Source: Trueperaceae bacterium
GTDB taxonomy: Bacteria; Deinococcota; Deinococci; Deinococcales; Trueperaceae
Reading direction: 5' to 3'
DNA length: 64,000 bases
Assembly: GCA_965213705.1 (NCBI GenBank)
Contig: OZ243913.1
Location: 1,600,001-1,664,000, forward strand
Shown: positions 12,148-21,137 of the stretch, in pieces
Layout of the letters: each line of letters begins with the position of its first letter
Numbering within the stretch: the stretch's first letter is position 1
The notes under the pieces: generated by a model
Told to the model about the DNA's origin: nothing
Database searches by the model: none
The model's input: only the letters and a program-made list of their open reading frames with translations
Position numbers and translations under genes: made by a program

Positions 12148-13503
12148 ATGGCTTCTTCAACTATGACCCCGCGAGTTATCCCGCGAATCACCGTCGTCGG
12201 CGCGGGCTTAGCCGGGAGCGAGGCGGCGCTGGCCGCGGCGCGCTACGGCGTTCACGTCGACCTGTTCGAGATGCGTCCCGTCAAAACGACCCCGGCCCAC
12301 CACACCGACAAGTTCGCCGAGTTGGTGTGCTCGAACAGCTTCGGCGGCGAGGGCGAGACGAACGCCAAAGGCTTGTTGCAAGCCGAAATGCTGGCGGCCG
12401 GCGGCCTCATCATGACCGCGGCTTGTCGAAGTCGGGTGCCCGCCGGGGGCGCGCTGGCGGTCGACCGCGAGGCGTTCGGTGAGCTGGTGACCGGCACGGT
12501 CAAGCAGCACCCGAACATTACCGTTCACAGTGAAGAGCTGACCTACGTCCCCGAGGGCGTCACCGTCGTCGCCTCGGGACCGCTCACCTCGGACGCGCTG
12601 GCCGAGAGTCTGCGCGAACTCGTCGGGATGGACTTTCTGGGCTTTTACGACGCGGCCGCCCCCGTCATCGAGGCCGACAGCATCGACATGAGCGTCGCCT
12701 ACCGCAAGGGCCGCTACGACCAGAGCGCCGACTACCTCAACTTGCCCTTCGACAAGGCGCAGTACGACGTCTGGTATGAAGCGCTGCAACAGGCTCGAAA
12801 GCACACGCCGCACGAGTGGGAGAAGCTGGAATTTTTCGAGGGTTGTATGCCGATTGAAGAAATCGCGCGGCGCGGCTATGACACGCCGCGTTTCGGACCC
12901 ATGAAGCCGGTGGGCTTGGAGCACCCCGACACGGGCAAACGCTTTTTCGCGGTCGCGCAACTGCGCCAGGAAGACGTGCGCGGCCAGATGTACTCGCTCG
13001 TCGGCTTTCAGACCGGTTTGAAGTGGGGCGACCAAAAAGAGGTGCTGCGGCTCGTGCCGGGCTTAGAAAACGCCGAGGTCGTCCGCTACGGCGTGATGCA
13101 CCGGAACACCTACCTCAACGCGCCGAAACTTTTGTCGCCGGAACTGCACTTGCGCGAGCAGCCGCGCGTCTTCGTCGCAGGCGTGTTGGCCGGGACGGAA
13201 GGCTACTTGGAGTCTTCGGCGACGGGCTGGCTGGCGGGCACGAACGCGGCGCGCTACGCGCTCGAGTCCCCCCTCGTCCTGCCCCCCGAAGAGAGCATGT
13301 TGGGCGGCCTAGCGCGCTTTTTGGCGACCGCGCAAACTGAGAACTTCCAACCGATGAACGCCAACTGGGGCTTGGTACCCGCGTTGCCCAAACAAAAAGG
13401 CGAGGGCAAACGCGAGCGGCGCACGCGCACCTACCGGCGCGGCCTGGCGGCGTTTGAGAGCTGGCTCGAGACCGTCCGGGCGAAGGAGGAGGTTCCTCTC
13501 TGA
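12148..13503 (+). CDS. trmFO: folate/FAD-dependent tRNA (uracil-54) methyltransferase
   Basis: GAGLAGSEAA, ELVCSNS, FFEGCMP, GPMKPVGL, MHRNTY and EGYLES motifs. Confidence 0.96.
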   Translation: MASSTMTPRVIPRITVVGAGLAGSEAALAAARYGVHVDLFEMRPVKTTPAHHTDKFAELVCSNSFGGEGETNAKGLLQAEMLAAGGLIMTAACRSRVPAGGALAVDREAFGELVTGTVKQHPNITVHSEELTYVPEGVTVVASGPLTSDALAESLRELVGMDFLGFYDAAAPVIEADSIDMSVAYRKGRYDQSADYLNLPFDKAQYDVWYEALQQARKHTPHEWEKLEFFEGCMPIEEIARRGYDTPRFGPMKPVGLEHPDTGKRFFAVAQLRQEDVRGQMYSLVGFQTGLKWGDQKEVLRLVPGLENAEVVRYGVMHRNTYLNAPKLLSPELHLREQPRVFVAGVLAGTEGYLESSATGWLAGTNAARYALESPLVLPPEESMLGGLARFLATAQTENFQPMNANWGLVPALPKQKGEGKRERRTRTYRRGLAAFESWLETVRAKEEVPL

Positions 13504-13570
13504 CTTTGCGGATGCGCCGAGGTACACTGGACAAAGGAACGAGTAACCAGCACAGTTTAGGAGGCTCCAC

Positions 13571-13765
13571 ATGCCTGAAATATTTACCGGTGAACATTCC
13601 CTGATAACAGCCATCATGGTCGTGCTGATTTTGGGCGCGTTTCTGACGATTTCTCTGGTGATGTTGTGGGCACCCTCGAGGCCCTTTCCCAGCCCCAAAA
13701 AAGAGTCCGAGCCGCGCCCCGACCAAAGCCCGAAGCAAAAAACTAAGGCGAGACGAAAACGTTGA
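13571..13765 (+). CDS. small single-pass membrane protein
   Basis: AGGAGG RBS, TACACT -10 box upstream, one hydrophobic helix and a basic tail. Confidence 0.65.
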   Translation: MPEIFTGEHSLITAIMVVLILGAFLTISLVMLWAPSRPFPSPKKESEPRPDQSPKQKTKARRKR

Positions 13766-13909
13766 GCGTCCGGCTCGAGTCCGTTATTGACGGCCGCTTA
13801 ACCTCGGCGCGGGTTTGGGCGCGGCTGGGTGACGCGACTGACGGCAAGAAAACAGCAAAGCGTTCGTACGTGGCGTTACCTCGGCAAAGACCGTGAAACC
13901 GGGGACGGT

Positions 13910-13951
13910 CGGCGTTTTACGGTCGGCATTTCACAGCCGGCATTTCACAGC
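13910..13951. repeat. 14-bp tandem repeat, 3 units
   Basis: CGGCGTTTTACGGT CGGCATTTCACAGC CGGCATTTCACAGC. Confidence 0.8.
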
Positions 13952-14024
13952 GGGTAGTGGCCCTGTTTGCGAGACTTGTGACGAAACCGCGAGTTTGCAA
14001 CGAAACGGCTGCTAAGCTACAGGT

Positions 14025-14079
14025 GGCAAGCGGGTCATCATCCCCTTCGACGTGGACTAACCCGCTTGCCCTTCTTTTC
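14025..14079 (+). ncRNA. candidate small RNA (11-bp closing stem, 24-nt loop, pyrimidine tail)
   Basis: Extended -10 TGcTAAGCT (14010-14018) lies 6 nt before GGCAAGCGGGT, which pairs with ACCCGCTTGCC (14060-14070), followed by CTTCTTTT. Confidence 0.4.
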
Positions 14080-14217
14080 AAAATTTGGGCCGAATCTCCC
14101 GAAAACTCTTCTTGTCCACCCCGAGAAAAGTGCGTCGTGCTTGAAGCGCGCAGACCCTTTCTAAATTCACCGGTGCTGCTGAAGATTTCGCGCCCGAAGG
14201 TAAAGTAAACTTTCGGT

Positions 14218-15018
14218 ATGGAACTCTATCTGGGCACCGGCGGCTACTCCAACGACGACTGGCTCGGCCTCCTCTACCCGCCGGGCACGAAAAAGGGGCG
14301 GTACCTGGAGATTTACGCGCAGCACTTCAACGCGGTCGAACTCAACAGCAGCTTTTACGCCGTTCCCGGCATCAAAGCCTTTCAGGGCATGGTGGACAAG
14401 AGTGGGGCGCGGGTGCGCTTCGCGGTGAAAGTCCACCAGAGCGTCACGCACTCGCGCGACGCCGACGCGGACACCTACGCGCGGCTCGTCGAGTCGGTCG
14501 CGCCGCTACGCGAAGTGGGGATGTTGGGGCCGTTTCTGGTGCAGTTCCCTTACTCGTTTCACCGGACGCCGGACAACCGGGTGTACTTGAAAAACTTGGT
14601 CGACCGCCTGAGCGGTGAACGCCTGGCGGTCGAATTTCGCAACGAGGCGTGGCAAGTCGAAGACGTCATAGAGGCTTTTGAAACCCTGGGGCTGACCTAT
14701 GTAAGTGTGGACTACCCGCAGGTGTCGGGGATGCCCGCGCCCGAGTTGCACATTACTTCTGACGTTGTCTACCTACGGCTGCACGGCCGCAACGAGGCGA
14801 GCTGGTACGGCGGCAAAACGGCGGCCGAGCGGCACGACTACCTGTACACGCCCGACGAACTGCGGAGTTGGGTGTTGGGCATCAAAGAAAAAGAAGACGC
14901 GCTGACCGAAGTTTACGTGATGTTTTTAAACACCACGAAGGGCCACGCGCTGAAAAATTTGAAGATGCTCAAGGAGTTGTTTGCAGAGGTCGGCTTGAAC
15001 GCGCCCATCAATCCCTGA
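14218..15018 (+). CDS. DUF72 (YecE) family protein
   Basis: GTGGY, VELNSSFY, LVQFPYSF, AVEFR and YLRLHGRN motifs. Confidence 0.9.
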   Translation: MELYLGTGGYSNDDWLGLLYPPGTKKGRYLEIYAQHFNAVELNSSFYAVPGIKAFQGMVDKSGARVRFAVKVHQSVTHSRDADADTYARLVESVAPLREVGMLGPFLVQFPYSFHRTPDNRVYLKNLVDRLSGERLAVEFRNEAWQVEDVIEAFETLGLTYVSVDYPQVSGMPAPELHITSDVVYLRLHGRNEASWYGGKTAAERHDYLYTPDELRSWVLGIKEKEDALTEVYVMFLNTTKGHALKNLKMLKELFAEVGLNAPINP

Positions 15019-15033
15019 GGTTAGCCTGAGAGC

Positions 15034-15552
15034 CTACCTGTGCCGAAAGACTTCAAAGACCAAGTGGCTCAGCTCGTCTCTGAGCAACTTGTCCCAAGCC
15101 GTCTTGACCGCGTTGGACGACCCCGGCAGCGCGAACAGCAAGCCGCCCTCGGCAAGTCCGCCCACGGCTCGAGACAGCATCGCCGCAGGGCCGACTTCGT
15201 TGTAAGAAAGCACCCGGAACAGCTCGCCGAAACCGGGCATGGGTTTGACTATCAAGGACTCGACAATCGGCACGGTGAAGTCGCGCCCCGCGATGCCCGT
15301 CCCGCCCGAGGTGAGGACGACCTGAGCGTCGCTTTTGAGCAAGCGCTCCAAGGTTTCGCGGATTTGCTCGCGGTCGTCTTTGACGAGCACACGCTCGCTC
15401 AAGGTGTGGCCCGCGGCTGCCAAAGCCGCCTCGAGATAATCCCCGCTCGAGTCCGTCTCTAAGGTGCGGGTGTCGCTGACGGTGACGACGGCGACTCTTA
15501 CGCTGTCCGGCCCGGCGGCGCGGTGGGCGTCGCGCCCGCTGCTCGTTTTCAC
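15034..15552 (-). CDS. moaB: molybdenum cofactor biosynthesis protein MoaB/Mog
   Basis: [22 protein letters not shown] and LPGS motifs. Confidence 0.9.
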   Translation of the reverse strand: MKTSSGRDAHRAAGPDSVRVAVVTVSDTRTLETDSSGDYLEAALAAAGHTLSERVLVKDDREQIRETLERLLKSDAQVVLTSGGTGIAGRDFTVPIVESLIVKPMPGFGELFRVLSYNEVGPAAMLSRAVGGLAEGGLLFALPGSSNAVKTAWDKLLRDELSHLVFEVFRHR

Positions 15553-15625
15553 GCGCTTGCTTTCATAGACGAACAGCTTAGCAGACGGGCTCGAGCCGCT
15601 TCAACCTCGCCCGCCGCCTCAGCAC

Positions 15626-16522
15626 TCACCGGGTCGAAGCCTCGCCGTTTGCCTTCAGCGTAAAAAGGGTGAGTTCGGGTGGGGCGTTGAGCCTCAAAGG
15701 CACGACGCTGAAGCCGATGCCCCGGTTGATGTAGAGCCGGTTGCCCGCCGCGCCGTAGTTTTGGATGAAGCCGTCCGCGTGAACCTCGTCCTCCCTGGTG
15801 TAAGACATCCAGGTCCAGGAGGGTGTAAAGGGCAAGCGAAATTGCCCGCCGTGGGTGTGCCCCGCGACGGCCAGCGGCGCGGTGTCGGCGGGAAACGCTT
15901 TGAACGATTCCGGGTGGTGCATGAGGACGATGCGGGGGGCGTCGGCCGGCACGCCTGCGAGGGCGGCTTCGGGCCGGTCTTCGGCGGCGACGTGCGCGCC
16001 CACACCGACGATGTAGAGGGACGGTGACCCAGTCGTTTGAGTGGGGAGGGGGGCGGCTTCGTTTTGAAGCACCGTGATACCTGCGTCCTCCAACGCGCTT
16101 TGCACCGCACCGGCGAGTGCCGTGTTTTTCGGAGCTTCGCTGGTAGGCATGGCGTAGTCGTGGTTGCCCAGGACCGCGTAGGTGGGGATGCCCGCGCCGA
16201 CCAAAGGTGCGACCAGAGAGACCGCTTCGGCGATGACGGGGCTCGAGCTGTCCACGTGATACACGAAGTCACCCGCGATGAGCACAGCCGCCGGTTTTTC
16301 CTCGACCAGCCTGGCAACGATGCGCTGCACCGTCCAGGTGTTGCCGAACCACATCCCGACTTGCAAGTCGGCAATCACGGCGACCTGTCGGCCCTCCAAA
16401 GAGGCCGGAAGGTTGGGAAGCTGCACCTCGTAGGACTGCTCGTCGATAAAGTAGGGCTCGGCCACACCCCAAACGAGAAAAAGGCCGACGAGGGCGAGAA
16501 GGGTAAACAAAAATCGTTTCAT
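15626..16522 (-). CDS. membrane-anchored metallophosphoesterase (calcineurin-like)
   Basis: ADLQ, AGDF, GNHD and GHTHGGQ motifs; N-terminal TM helix; TATCAT 6 nt before ATG 16522. Confidence 0.88.
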   Translation of the reverse strand: MKRFLFTLLALVGLFLVWGVAEPYFIDEQSYEVQLPNLPASLEGRQVAVIADLQVGMWFGNTWTVQRIVARLVEEKPAAVLIAGDFVYHVDSSSPVIAEAVSLVAPLVGAGIPTYAVLGNHDYAMPTSEAPKNTALAGAVQSALEDAGITVLQNEAAPLPTQTTGSPSLYIVGVGAHVAAEDRPEAALAGVPADAPRIVLMHHPESFKAFPADTAPLAVAGHTHGGQFRLPFTPSWTWMSYTREDEVHADGFIQNYGAAGNRLYINRGIGFSVVPLRLNAPPELTLFTLKANGEASTR

Positions 16523-16630
16523 CCCTGCATGATAGCCCAGGAGCATTTGACACGACACCTGCGTTCACCGCTGCGAAACCGAGGCGCGCTCGCGCGGTAA
16601 ACTAATCCTTAAGAAACGCTTGGAGGCACC

Positions 16631-17758
16631 ATGCAAGAACTCATCAGGCTCTTGAGCGCGGTCGAAGCGGCTCGAGCGGCCGGTCAACAGGCCGCTGTCG
16701 CCACCGTCGTGCGCGTCAAGGGTTCGGCCTACCGCCGCGAAGGCACGAAAATGCTCATTGACGCCGCCGGCAACCAGGTCTGCATGATTTCGGGCGGTTG
16801 TTTGGAGCAGGAGGTCGGCGAAGTCGCCCAGCGCGTCATGGCGACGGGCGAGCCCGTGGTGAAGTTCTTCGACCTCGACGAAGACCTCGTGTGGGGCCTC
16901 GGTCTCGGCTGCGGGGGCTCGGTGGACGTGTACATCGAGCCGTTCGACGAAGGCCGCGAGAACGCGCGCTGGTTGCAAGCGCTGAAAGAAGGGCGGGCCG
17001 CTGCCTTGGCGACGGTCATCGAAGCGGACTCGAGCCTCAAAGGAAAGCGCATGTTCATCGACTCGAGCGGCGCGACCCTCGGCAGTTTGGGAGACGAAGA
17101 GACTGACGCTGAGTTTGTCTTACGCGCGCGTGAAAAGACGGCCCAACTCTACCCGCGTTCGGAAACCGTGACGGTTCAGGCGCAGGGCGGCCGCGCCGAT
17201 ATTTTCTTAGATGTCAACGTGCCCCCGCCTGAACTCGTCGTGTTCGGCGCGGGTCACGACGCGATTCCCGTGGCAAGCTACGCGCACGAGTTGGGCTTCA
17301 AGACGACCGTCGTGGACGCGCGGCACGCCTTTGTGACCGAAGAACGCTTTCCCCACGCGGCGCTGGTGCGCACCCACCCGTCGGGCTTTGCCGACAAGGT
17401 GGAGGTGGGGCCGCGTAGTTCGGTGGTGATTATGAACCACCACTTGGAGCGGGACAAAGAAAGCCTCGCCTTCGCCCTCACCACAGCGGCACCCTACATC
17501 GGCGTGCTCGGGCCGAGTTCGCGCTTCGAGCGGATGCAGGATGCCTTGAAAGAAGAGGGCCGTGGCTTGACTGAGGCAGACTTGAACCGCGTGCGCAACC
17601 CTATCGGCCTGGACATCGGGGCTGACTCGCCCGCCGAAATCGCCATGAGCATCATGACCGAACTGCTGGCGCTGCGCGGCGGCTACGCAGGCGGGTTTTT
17701 GAACGACCGGCGCGGGCCGATTCACACGGACCGACCCCTGCGGGAGCCGGTTTCGTAA
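16631..17758 (+). CDS. xdhC: XdhC/CoxI family molybdoenzyme accessory protein
   Basis: GSAYRREG, ISGGCLE, GLGCGG, FGAGHD and PIGLDIG motifs. Confidence 0.92.
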   Translation: MQELIRLLSAVEAARAAGQQAAVATVVRVKGSAYRREGTKMLIDAAGNQVCMISGGCLEQEVGEVAQRVMATGEPVVKFFDLDEDLVWGLGLGCGGSVDVYIEPFDEGRENARWLQALKEGRAAALATVIEADSSLKGKRMFIDSSGATLGSLGDEETDAEFVLRAREKTAQLYPRSETVTVQAQGGRADIFLDVNVPPPELVVFGAGHDAIPVASYAHELGFKTTVVDARHAFVTEERFPHAALVRTHPSGFADKVEVGPRSSVVIMNHHLERDKESLAFALTTAAPYIGVLGPSSRFERMQDALKEEGRGLTEADLNRVRNPIGLDIGADSPAEIAMSIMTELLALRGGYAGGFLNDRRGPIHTDRPLREPVS

Positions 17759-17764
17759 AAAAGC

Positions 17765-17796
17765 GACGATCAGCTTTACAGACGATCAGCTTTACA
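17765..17796. repeat. perfect 16-bp tandem duplication
   Basis: GACGATCAGCTTTACA x2. Confidence 0.9.
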
Positions 17797-17805
17797 ACTG
17801 GACGC

Positions 17806-18339
17806 CTATAGCCAAACCGCCGCATCTTCTGGAAATGACAGTGGCGCAATGGGTTCAGAAAAATCCACGCGCGTAACGCTGCGGTAGCGGTCGGCGACCG
17901 GGTCGCGGTGAACCAGCCACTCGCTCGTCTTCAAATCGGCAACCCAATACTCGCGGATGCCCGCGGCGGCGTATTTCTCGAGCCTTCCTCCTGTATCGGC
18001 AGCCAGGCTCGTGTTGGACACTTCAACAAGGAGAAGTACGTCGTCGGGTTGAGGCCGCGTTTGGCGGTACGAGCGGCGTTTTAGGAGCATCACGTCGGGG
18101 TGGGGCAGCCACAGAGGGTCGCCGATGTCGAGGGCGTTTTGGCTGCGCACTCGAGCCCGGTCTGCAAACGCTTGCACAAAGCGTTCGTGTAGTTCGTCGA
18201 TAACACCTTCGTGGTTGGGGTTGGCCGGACTCATGGTGTAAATCACTCCGTCCAACAACTCGACCTTCTGGTCGGTGAACAAGCCTGCCTCGGCCATCGT
18301 CGTGAAGTCGTTTACCGTAAAGGTGCGCTGCTCGAGCAT
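17806..18339 (-). CDS. Uma2 family (DUF820) endonuclease-like protein
   Basis: VELLDG, PDV, LLVEVS and YAAAGIREYWVAD motifs. Confidence 0.9.
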   Translation of the reverse strand: MLEQRTFTVNDFTTMAEAGLFTDQKVELLDGVIYTMSPANPNHEGVIDELHERFVQAFADRARVRSQNALDIGDPLWLPHPDVMLLKRRSYRQTRPQPDDVLLLVEVSNTSLAADTGGRLEKYAAAGIREYWVADLKTSEWLVHRDPVADRYRSVTRVDFSEPIAPLSFPEDAAVWL

Positions 18340-18370
18340 CTTAATGGCAGTTTAGCCTATCCTCAAACCC

Positions 18371-19993
18371 TCAAGTACGAACTTTCTCTATCGCCCGCGG
18401 CCCGCGCCGCCCGAAACGCCGCGCCAACTCCAATTCGCTCAACACCAGCGCCGTCGGGCGGCCGTGGGGGCAGGCCCAGGGCGTGCGGCACTCGCGCAGG
18501 GCGTCGAGCAGGGTTTGCGCCTCGGCACCCGCCAGGACGTGGCCCGCTTTGATGGCCGGGAGACAGGCCAGTCGGCCCAGCACCGTGCGCCAGGCCTCCG
18601 CGACGCTGTTCCGGCCCAAACTGCCCTTGACAACCTCGCTCACCAGGTCGGGGCGGCCCGCCAAAAACGCCGGGACGCTGCGGACGCGCCAGTTGGCAGC
18701 GCCGAACTCCTCGAGCACCAACCCACGCAGGGCGAGTTCGTCACGCCGTTCCTCGTAAGCTTGCGCTTCAACCGCGCTGAGGCTGAGGAGTTCAGGGCTG
18801 GGCAGCTCGAGCGGCGCTTCGCGTGAAAAGCGCGCCTCCAACTCCTCAAACAACACGCGCTCGTGCGCCGCGTGTTGGTCAACGACCCACAGCCGCCCGT
18901 CGCCCTCGGCGAGGAGGTACAGCTCGCGGTAGGTGCCGACGTGCCAAAGCGCGGGAAAGTTCGTCCGCGGTGCGTTGCCGACGCCCTCGAACACGTGCAA
19001 CTCGGGCAGCGTCGGGGCGAGCGGGTGCGCTGCAAGGGCGCTTTCGACGGCGCCTTGCACGAAGGCGCTCACCGCCGCCTCTTGCAAGAACTTGACCCGG
19101 CTCTTGTCCGGCGCGGTGTTGACGAGGATTTCGTCCGGGTTCACGCTCAAGTTGAGAATCCCGACCGGAAAGTGTGTGTTCGTCAAAAGTTCGCGGTAAC
19201 CGTGCAGGACGGCTTTGAGCAGCGCTTCCGGCCACGCGACCGGGCGGCCGTTCACCGCCAGCAACAGCCGGTCTTTGCGCGGGCGCGACAACTCGGGGCG
19301 GGACAACAGGCCGGTTAAAACACGAGACCCGGCCTCGGCGCGCAGCTCGAGCAGCCGGTTCGCCGTCACCGGCCCCCACAAAAACTTGACCGCCTCTGTA
19401 ACGTTGCCGCCCGCCTGCGTCCACTTGGTTTCGCCGTCCACGACGAGCTTAACGGCAAGTTGCGGGTGATGGAGCGCGTAACGACCCAGCAGCGCGACAC
19501 ACTTTTTGGCCTCGAGCGCGCCTGACTCCAGCGCCGCCCGGCGCGCGGGCAGGTGTTCGAACAACCCCGTCACCGTGACCGAAGTGCCGCCTGGGGCGGG
19601 GTGTTCCTGGAGCGTGCTCGTCTCGCCACACGCGCGCACCGTCGCCCCGCCGAGTTGCCCGGCGGGGCGGCTGGTGATTGAGACCTGCGCCGCGTTCCGC
19701 ACCGCGTACAGCCCCTCGCCCCGAAACCCGAGCGTGTCGATGTGAGTCAGGCTCGAGAGTTTCGAGGTGCAGTGGACGTCCACAGCCAGCGGCAGCTCGT
19801 CCCTGGGGATGCCCACGCCGTTGTCGGTGACGGTGATGCGTTTTACACCGCCGTCTTCGAGCGTGACCTCGAGCCGCGTCGCGCCTGCATCGAGGGCGTT
19901 CTCGAGCAGTTCCTTGAGCACGTCGGCGGGCGCGTTGATGACCTCGCCCGCGGCGATTTCGCGGATGAGGTCAGGTGGGAGTTTGCGAATCAT
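18371..19993 (-). CDS. mutL: DNA mismatch repair endonuclease MutL
   Basis: ELLENALDAG, LGFRGE, endonuclease motif DQHAAHER and CPHGRP. Confidence 0.96.
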   Translation of the reverse strand: MIRKLPPDLIREIAAGEVINAPADVLKELLENALDAGATRLEVTLEDGGVKRITVTDNGVGIPRDELPLAVDVHCTSKLSSLTHIDTLGFRGEGLYAVRNAAQVSITSRPAGQLGGATVRACGETSTLQEHPAPGGTSVTVTGLFEHLPARRAALESGALEAKKCVALLGRYALHHPQLAVKLVVDGETKWTQAGGNVTEAVKFLWGPVTANRLLELRAEAGSRVLTGLLSRPELSRPRKDRLLLAVNGRPVAWPEALLKAVLHGYRELLTNTHFPVGILNLSVNPDEILVNTAPDKSRVKFLQEAAVSAFVQGAVESALAAHPLAPTLPELHVFEGVGNAPRTNFPALWHVGTYRELYLLAEGDGRLWVVDQHAAHERVLFEELEARFSREAPLELPSPELLSLSAVEAQAYEERRDELALRGLVLEEFGAANWRVRSVPAFLAGRPDLVSEVVKGSLGRNSVAEAWRTVLGRLACLPAIKAGHVLAGAEAQTLLDALRECRTPWACPHGRPTALVLSELELARRFGRRGPRAIEKVRT

Positions 19994-20152
19994 AGGGCTT
20001 CTCTTGACCTAATAGCGTAACACTCGAGACGCATTTTCTCAGTCGTTGCGGTTGCTCACGGTAGGCAGTTGATGGCAACAGCACATACTCGACCCACTTT
20101 GCTAGACATTCATATTGAGGTTCGAACTTGTGTTAAGGACCCAACAAAGTCT

Positions 20153-21109
20153 TCAGTTCAAGCCACGAAACTCGTCAAGGGCGGCGGTCATGGCCTCGGG
20201 AAAACCGGCCCCACCGTGACCGGCATCATCCAGGACGACCAGGTGGCTATCGACCCAAGCGCGGTGCAGAATCCAGGCAGTGTCCAGCGGGCCGGAGACA
20301 TCCCAGCGGCCGTGAATCAGCACCGCCGGAATGCCGGACAGACGATGGACGCCAGTCAACACCTCACCGTCAACCAGGAAGCAGCCGTGGCTCCAGTAGT
20401 GGGTGACCAAACGGGCGAAGACGAGGCGGAACTGCGGGTCCTCAAAGCGCGGGCTCGGTTCCCACCCCGGCATGAGCGAGACATGTACGTCCTCCCACCG
20501 GCACCACTCGAGCGCGGCGCGTTCACGCACCCGCGGGTCGGGGTCGGCGAGTAGTCGAGCATAGGCGGCTGACAAGTCACCCCCGCGTTCAGCTTCGGGA
20601 ACAACAGCGGTAAAACGCTCCCATTCACGAGGAAAGATGCGGCCCATGTCGCGAGTTATCCACTCCGTTTCGCGCCTCGAGCCAGCAGTGACCGCGCCCA
20701 ACACCATGCTTATAACCCGCTCAGGATAACGCTCGGCGTAGACTAGGCCGAGCGTGACACCCCAGGAGACACCCACGACGACCCACCGTTCGATGCCGAG
20801 GTGTTCTCGCAACCGTTCGAGGTCGGCTACGAGATGGTCGGTGGTGTTCGTACTCAGGTCAGCGTCAGGTTCGGAAGCCAGCGGACGACTCCGCCCACAC
20901 CCACGCTGGTCGAAAAGGACGGCTCGGTAAGCGTTCGGGTCGAAGTTGCGGCGCGCGCCGGGGGTGCAGCCGCTGCCCGGCCCGCCATGTAAATAAACCG
21001 CCGGAGTGCCTGAAGGATTGCCTATTTCTTCCCAATAAAGTAAGTGACCGTTGCCGACCTCGAGAGTTCCAGAGGTATAGGGTTCTATAGCTGGATAACG
21101 TTCAGCCAT
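20153..21109 (-). CDS. pip: proline iminopeptidase (S33)
   Basis: LHGGPGSG, FDQRGCGRS, GVSWG, HGRWD and AGH motifs; ATG 21109 follows GAAGGA. Confidence 0.92.
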   Translation of the reverse strand: MAERYPAIEPYTSGTLEVGNGHLLYWEEIGNPSGTPAVYLHGGPGSGCTPGARRNFDPNAYRAVLFDQRGCGRSRPLASEPDADLSTNTTDHLVADLERLREHLGIERWVVVGVSWGVTLGLVYAERYPERVISMVLGAVTAGSRRETEWITRDMGRIFPREWERFTAVVPEAERGGDLSAAYARLLADPDPRVRERAALEWCRWEDVHVSLMPGWEPSPRFEDPQFRLVFARLVTHYWSHGCFLVDGEVLTGVHRLSGIPAVLIHGRWDVSGPLDTAWILHRAWVDSHLVVLDDAGHGGAGFPEAMTAALDEFRGLN

Positions 21110-21137
21110 CTGTCCTTCTTGCAGCAACCACTCTGCA

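Noticed and set aside
13881..13910. GGCAAA...GAAA...GGGACG resembling a c-di-GMP-I riboswitch
   Set aside because: The stem around GAAA does not pair as required, and the GCAAAG and second stem are absent.
14025..14070. Y RNA identity for the sRNA candidate
   Set aside because: Lacks the bulged-C GUCCGA/UUGAC Ro-binding helix and a tRNA-like domain; no rsr gene nearby.
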